From Gammaproteobacteria bacterium (GTDB taxonomy: Bacteria > Pseudomonadota > Gammaproteobacteria > JAKDMP01): a stretch of DNA of 64,000 bases. The position numbers and the translations under genes are program-made. The notes under the pieces are model-generated. The model worked only from the letters and a program-made list of their open reading frames with translations, did no database searches and was not told where the DNA came from. Below are positions 60,315-64,000 of this stretch, piece after piece. The stretch spans positions 3,386-67,385 of the forward strand of contig JALUYA010000002.1 of assembly GCA_027018875.1 (NCBI GenBank), given 5' to 3'. The number at the start of each line of letters is the position of its first letter. Positions within the stretch are counted from its first letter, which is position 1.

Positions 60315-61521
60315 GGCGCAGCGCCTCGGCCGGGGAAATCCGCGCGCCGCGCAGGGCGGGATAGACCGCGGCGACAAGAGTGAGTCCCAACGCTACCGCC
60401 GCCGTGGCTGCCAGTTCCTGCCATTGGAACCGCGCCGGCAGTTCGCTGATCAGGTACACCGAGGGCGGCAGCAGACGGGTGTGGAATGCGGCATCGAGTC
60501 CGGCAAGCAGGCGATTGACGTTGAGAGCGAGAGCGGCGCCCAACCCGAGGCCGATGCCCGTGCCCACCACGCCGAGCATCAGCCCCTGCAGGAAAAATAC
60601 CCGGGAGATGGCCCCCGGGGTGAATCCCAGCGTCGCGAGCACTGCGATTTCGGGTTCGCGGTCGAGCCCCGAAACTACCAATGTGGCAATGACCGTGAAG
60701 GCGGCAACCGCGAGAATCGCCGCCAACACAACGAAGACCATTCGTTTTTCGAGCCCAATGGTCGCGAATAGGTCGGCCTGCCGCTCGGTCCAGTCGGACA
60801 CTTGATAACCGGGCCCCAAACGCGCCCGCAGGCCGGCGGCCAGCGCCGGTGCGGCCAGCGGTCGATCCAGGCGCAGTACCACCCCGACCGGCCCTGCATG
60901 AGGGAACAAATGTTTCGAATCGGCCAGGTCGGTATAGCCCATCCGGCGCTCGATTTCATAGATTCCAATCCGGTAAATTCCCCGGATACGGTAGCGGGAC
61001 AAGCGGGGAGTAAAATTACCTTGGCCCGCCCGAGCGGTCAGCAGGGTCACCGGGCTGCCCAGCCGCAAATCCAGTTCCCGGGCCAGGGCGCGGCCGATGA
61101 TCAACCCGTGACCGCCCGGTGTCAGTGCCTTGAGTCGGCCCGCAACCAGGTGTGAACCCAGATCGGAAACCCGGGCCTCGGGCGCCGGTTCGATTCCCCG
61201 GATACCCATCGGAGCGAGGCGGTTACCGGCAAGCAGCAATGCCTCCCCATTCAGGCTTGGAGCCACCGCCCGCACTCCCGCTTGGTGCCCGAGCCGCGCG
61301 GCCAGCGGCCGCCAATTCACACCCGGCGGCGGCGTAATGGTCAACTCCGAACCCAGCGCTACCAGTTTCTCGGATAACACGCCCTCGAAGCCACTCATGA
61401 CCGCCAGTACCGTGGTCAACACCAACACCCCCAGTCCGATGCTGCCCACGGCGACTACGGCCAGCAATGTGGTCAAGCGGCCAGGAGCAAAAAGCAGCTT
61501 CCATGCCAGGCGCAGGCTCAT
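60307..61521 (-). CDS. lolE: lipoprotein-releasing ABC permease LolE
   Basis: AVMSGFE, EIAVLATLG, VYLISELP, YPALR..AEALRHE. Confidence 0.85.
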   Translation of the reverse strand: MSLRLAWKLLFAPGRLTTLLAVVAVGSIGLGVLVLTTVLAVMSGFEGVLSEKLVALGSELTITPPPGVNWRPLAARLGHQAGVRAVAPSLNGEALLLAGNRLAPMGIRGIEPAPEARVSDLGSHLVAGRLKALTPGGHGLIIGRALARELDLRLGSPVTLLTARAGQGNFTPRLSRYRIRGIYRIGIYEIERRMGYTDLADSKHLFPHAGPVGVVLRLDRPLAAPALAAGLRARLGPGYQVSDWTERQADLFATIGLEKRMVFVVLAAILAVAAFTVIATLVVSGLDREPEIAVLATLGFTPGAISRVFFLQGLMLGVVGTGIGLGLGAALALNVNRLLAGLDAAFHTRLLPPSVYLISELPARFQWQELAATAAVALGLTLVAAVYPALRGARISPAEALRHE

Positions 61522-62198
61522 GCCGCGGTAAACCGGCCACGCTCAAGATGCAATAATCGCCCCGCCGCCCGCGCAATTGCATCATCGTGCGTGGCGATCA
61601 AAAAGGCCGTCCCGGCCTGCTCGGAGATCTCCAGCATCAACGCATAAACCTCGGCCCCGGTCAAGGCATCCAGGTTGCCGGTAGGCTCGTCGGCCAAAAC
61701 CACTGCTGGTCGTCGTGCGAGCGCGCGCGCAATCGCCACCCGCTGACGTTCGCCACCCGAAAGGCGTGCGGGGCGGGCGTTGGTGCGGTCGGCGAGCCCA
61801 ACGCGGGCGAGCAATTCACGGGCTTGCGCCCGTGCCCGCCGCGCGGAGATGCCTCCGATGAGCAGGGGCAAGGCAACATTTTCCAACGCCGTAAACTCCA
61901 TCAACAGATGATGGAACTGGTATATAAATCCCAGCGAGCGGTTGCGCAATCGGGCGGCGGCCGCCAAACCCATCCGCTCGATATGTTCTCCGACCAGTTC
62001 TACCATCCCGGCGTCGGGTCGATCCAGGCCGGCCAGCAGGTGCAGTAAAGTGGATTTTCCGCTGCCCGAAGCCCCCAGCACAGCCACGCGTTCGCCTGCT
62101 TCAAGATCGACATCCACTCCGTCGAGTACCCGCTGCGCCACCCCTCCGGTGTAATAGTCTTTGAGCAGTCCGCGTGCGCGGAGTACCACCTCAGCCAT
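61518..62198 (-). CDS. lolD: lipoprotein-releasing ABC ATPase
   Basis: GASGSGKST, GFIYQFHHLL, LSGGERQR. Confidence 0.95.
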   Translation of the reverse strand: MAEVVLRARGLLKDYYTGGVAQRVLDGVDVDLEAGERVAVLGASGSGKSTLLHLLAGLDRPDAGMVELVGEHIERMGLAAAARLRNRSLGFIYQFHHLLMEFTALENVALPLLIGGISARRARAQARELLARVGLADRTNARPARLSGGERQRVAIARALARRPAVVLADEPTGNLDALTGAEVYALMLEISEQAGTAFLIATHDDAIARAAGRLLHLERGRFTAA

Positions 62199-63438
62199 CG
62201 GCCAATGCCTCGATCACCCGGAGTCGCGCGGCCCGTCGAGCGGGGAGCCAAGCCGCCGCAAGCACCAGAACCGCGGCCATGGCAACAATTCCGCCTACTT
62301 GTGCCGGATCCACCCGAGCGGGCAATCCGATGACCTCGACTCCCCCCATTGTCAGCAGCGGATGACCCAGCCATCGACCCACCTGCTCCACCACGGAGTT
62401 GATATTGAAAGCCAGCGCCAGGCCTGCGCCCAACCCCAGCATAATTCCCAGGGAACCAATGGCTACGCCCAGGCTTAAAAACGTCGCCAACAAGGCCCGC
62501 GGAGTCAGACCCATGGTGGCCAGCACGGCAATCTCCGCCCGCTTGTCGGCAACCAGCACGGTCAGTACTCCAAGTACATTGAAGGCGGCGATCAGCACGG
62601 CCAGTCCGACCAGCAGGAACATCATTCTTTGTTCATTGGCGAGGGCGGCAAATAAGGCTTGGTGTTGTTCCTGCCAGGTACGCACTTTGAGCCCCGGCGG
62701 TAAGCTCGAGCGCAACCTTGCGGCCACCGTATCGGCCTGGAAGGGATGCTTGAGTTCAAGGACCAGCTCGTTGGGAGCCGACAGTCCGAACAGTCGCAGG
62801 GCATAGCGCCGGGCGGTCAATGCGAGCCCCGCGTCGTAGCGGGCGTTACCCACGGCAAACACGCCGACCACCCGGAAGCGGCGCAGCCGGGGTACGAACC
62901 CTACCGGTGTTATCAGGCCGCGCGGCAAAACCACCATGACGCGTTGACCCGGAACCACGTTCAATCGCAGGGCTAAATCACGCCCCAGTACGATCCCGTA
63001 GGGGGTCGAGGCGAGTTGCCCGAGTGAGCCGATCAGCATGTGTTGACCAATACTGGTCATGGCCTGCTCCCGGCGGGGCAAAACCCCTTTGAGCCTTACC
63101 CCCGCCAGCGTTCCGTTCCGGCTCAGCACAACCTCTCTTGCCGCATATGCCATCCCCGTGCGCACATCCGGCTGTTTACGTAAACCCGCCAACAGTTTCG
63201 CCACCTCGGGCAGGGCCTTATGGTTACGGGCGAGTACCGTGACTTGTGCGCCGAGAGCGAGGATACGATTCACCTGAAAATCCCGCATGCCGTTCATCAC
63301 CGAGAGTACGACAATCAGCGCCGCAACCCCCAGTGCAACTCCGAGTATCGCCACCAGCGCTACCACCGAAACGAAACGGCTCCGGCGCCGCACCCGAAGG
63401 TAGCGCAAACCAAGAGCCAGCGGTAAGGGGCGCAACAT
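62191..63438 (-). CDS. lolC: lipoprotein-releasing ABC permease LolC
   Basis: GLRYLRVRRRSRFVS, VLSVMNG, EIAVLATMG; start at ATG 63438. Confidence 0.87.
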   Translation of the reverse strand: MLRPLPLALGLRYLRVRRRSRFVSVVALVAILGVALGVAALIVVLSVMNGMRDFQVNRILALGAQVTVLARNHKALPEVAKLLAGLRKQPDVRTGMAYAAREVVLSRNGTLAGVRLKGVLPRREQAMTSIGQHMLIGSLGQLASTPYGIVLGRDLALRLNVVPGQRVMVVLPRGLITPVGFVPRLRRFRVVGVFAVGNARYDAGLALTARRYALRLFGLSAPNELVLELKHPFQADTVAARLRSSLPPGLKVRTWQEQHQALFAALANEQRMMFLLVGLAVLIAAFNVLGVLTVLVADKRAEIAVLATMGLTPRALLATFLSLGVAIGSLGIMLGLGAGLALAFNINSVVEQVGRWLGHPLLTMGGVEVIGLPARVDPAQVGGIVAMAAVLVLAAAWLPARRAARLRVIEALADG

Positions 63439-63526
63439 GAGCGCATTTAAGCATATTCTCCGTACCCCATCCGGATTGGCATACGATGCTATAGTTTGCG
63501 AACCAGGTGAAGGGGAATGCATATCG

Positions 63527-63889
63527 ATGAAGATTCGGGGTTTTCTGTTAGTGATCTTGATCTCGGTGCCGGCGCTGGCTTGGGGCGCCCCGCCCGGTGC
63601 GGGAAAACCCGCCGCTCCCGCCTATAATCGGCCTTACCCGGTCCGCGGGATGGTCATGGCCAACGTGCGCCGGATATTCGGCGCCCCCGTGCGGGTTTTG
63701 CCGCCGGATCCCCTGACGGCCGGCGGACCTTTGCGCCCCCCCATCAATCGCTGGGTATATCGCCACTTTACGGTCTATTTCGAGCGTAACCGGGTCATCC
63801 ATACCATACCGACCCACTCATTCAAGCCTCCCAGGGTTTACGCGCCGGTGGCCGGCAGTAGCGACCAAGGTGGGTTAAAAGATCGCTGA
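63527..63889 (+). CDS. conserved exported hypothetical protein
   Basis: Signal peptide; P.RGM....V...FGAP...PPINRWVYRHFTVYFE motif. Confidence 0.65.
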   Translation: MKIRGFLLVILISVPALAWGAPPGAGKPAAPAYNRPYPVRGMVMANVRRIFGAPVRVLPPDPLTAGGPLRPPINRWVYRHFTVYFERNRVIHTIPTHSFKPPRVYAPVAGSSDQGGLKDR

Positions 63890-64000
63890 ATCTCATTGAA
63901 CGGGCGCCCGAAGGCTCTTGGTATGGGGTTCAAATCACGCGGAGCGGCCCTCCCGATGGTTAGGTTAGGGAAACGGGAACCATCCGGAGGGCCGGAATCA

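Overview
GC-rich gammaproteobacterial chromosome segment, mostly housekeeping genes: cyoE, ftsYEX-rpoH, rsmD-coaD-ttcA, queD, cysQ, nrtR-pncA-pncB, rhlB/trxA-rho, purD, rnr-rlmB and lolCDE-comEC-exbBD-msbA-lpxK-ycaR-kdsB. Accessory content includes secreted hydrolases, an iron-uptake pair, a glycosyltransferase cluster and arsRC. A ~6.4 kb decayed satellite-like island (tyrosine integrase, HigBA, AlpA, HGGxSTG protein, IS21) is integrated at tRNA-Arg(ACG), next to a second integrase remnant at tRNA-Leu(CAG). Four observations stand out. (1) An SpvB/TcaC-type (probable RHS/toxin-complex) gene runs off the left edge and is missing from the ORF track. Its best ATG/RBS is out of frame because of a 7-bp tandem repeat, and losing one unit would restore the frame (candidate phase switch). 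(2) An FTR1 iron permease is fused in frame, through an internal signal-peptide-like segment, to a probable outer-membrane beta-barrel (candidate cleaved polyprotein). (3) The island's attR copy has a mutated anticodon that could block excision. (4) comEC has ACG where an overlapping ATG would be expected. All family calls come from motif recognition by eye; no searches were run.
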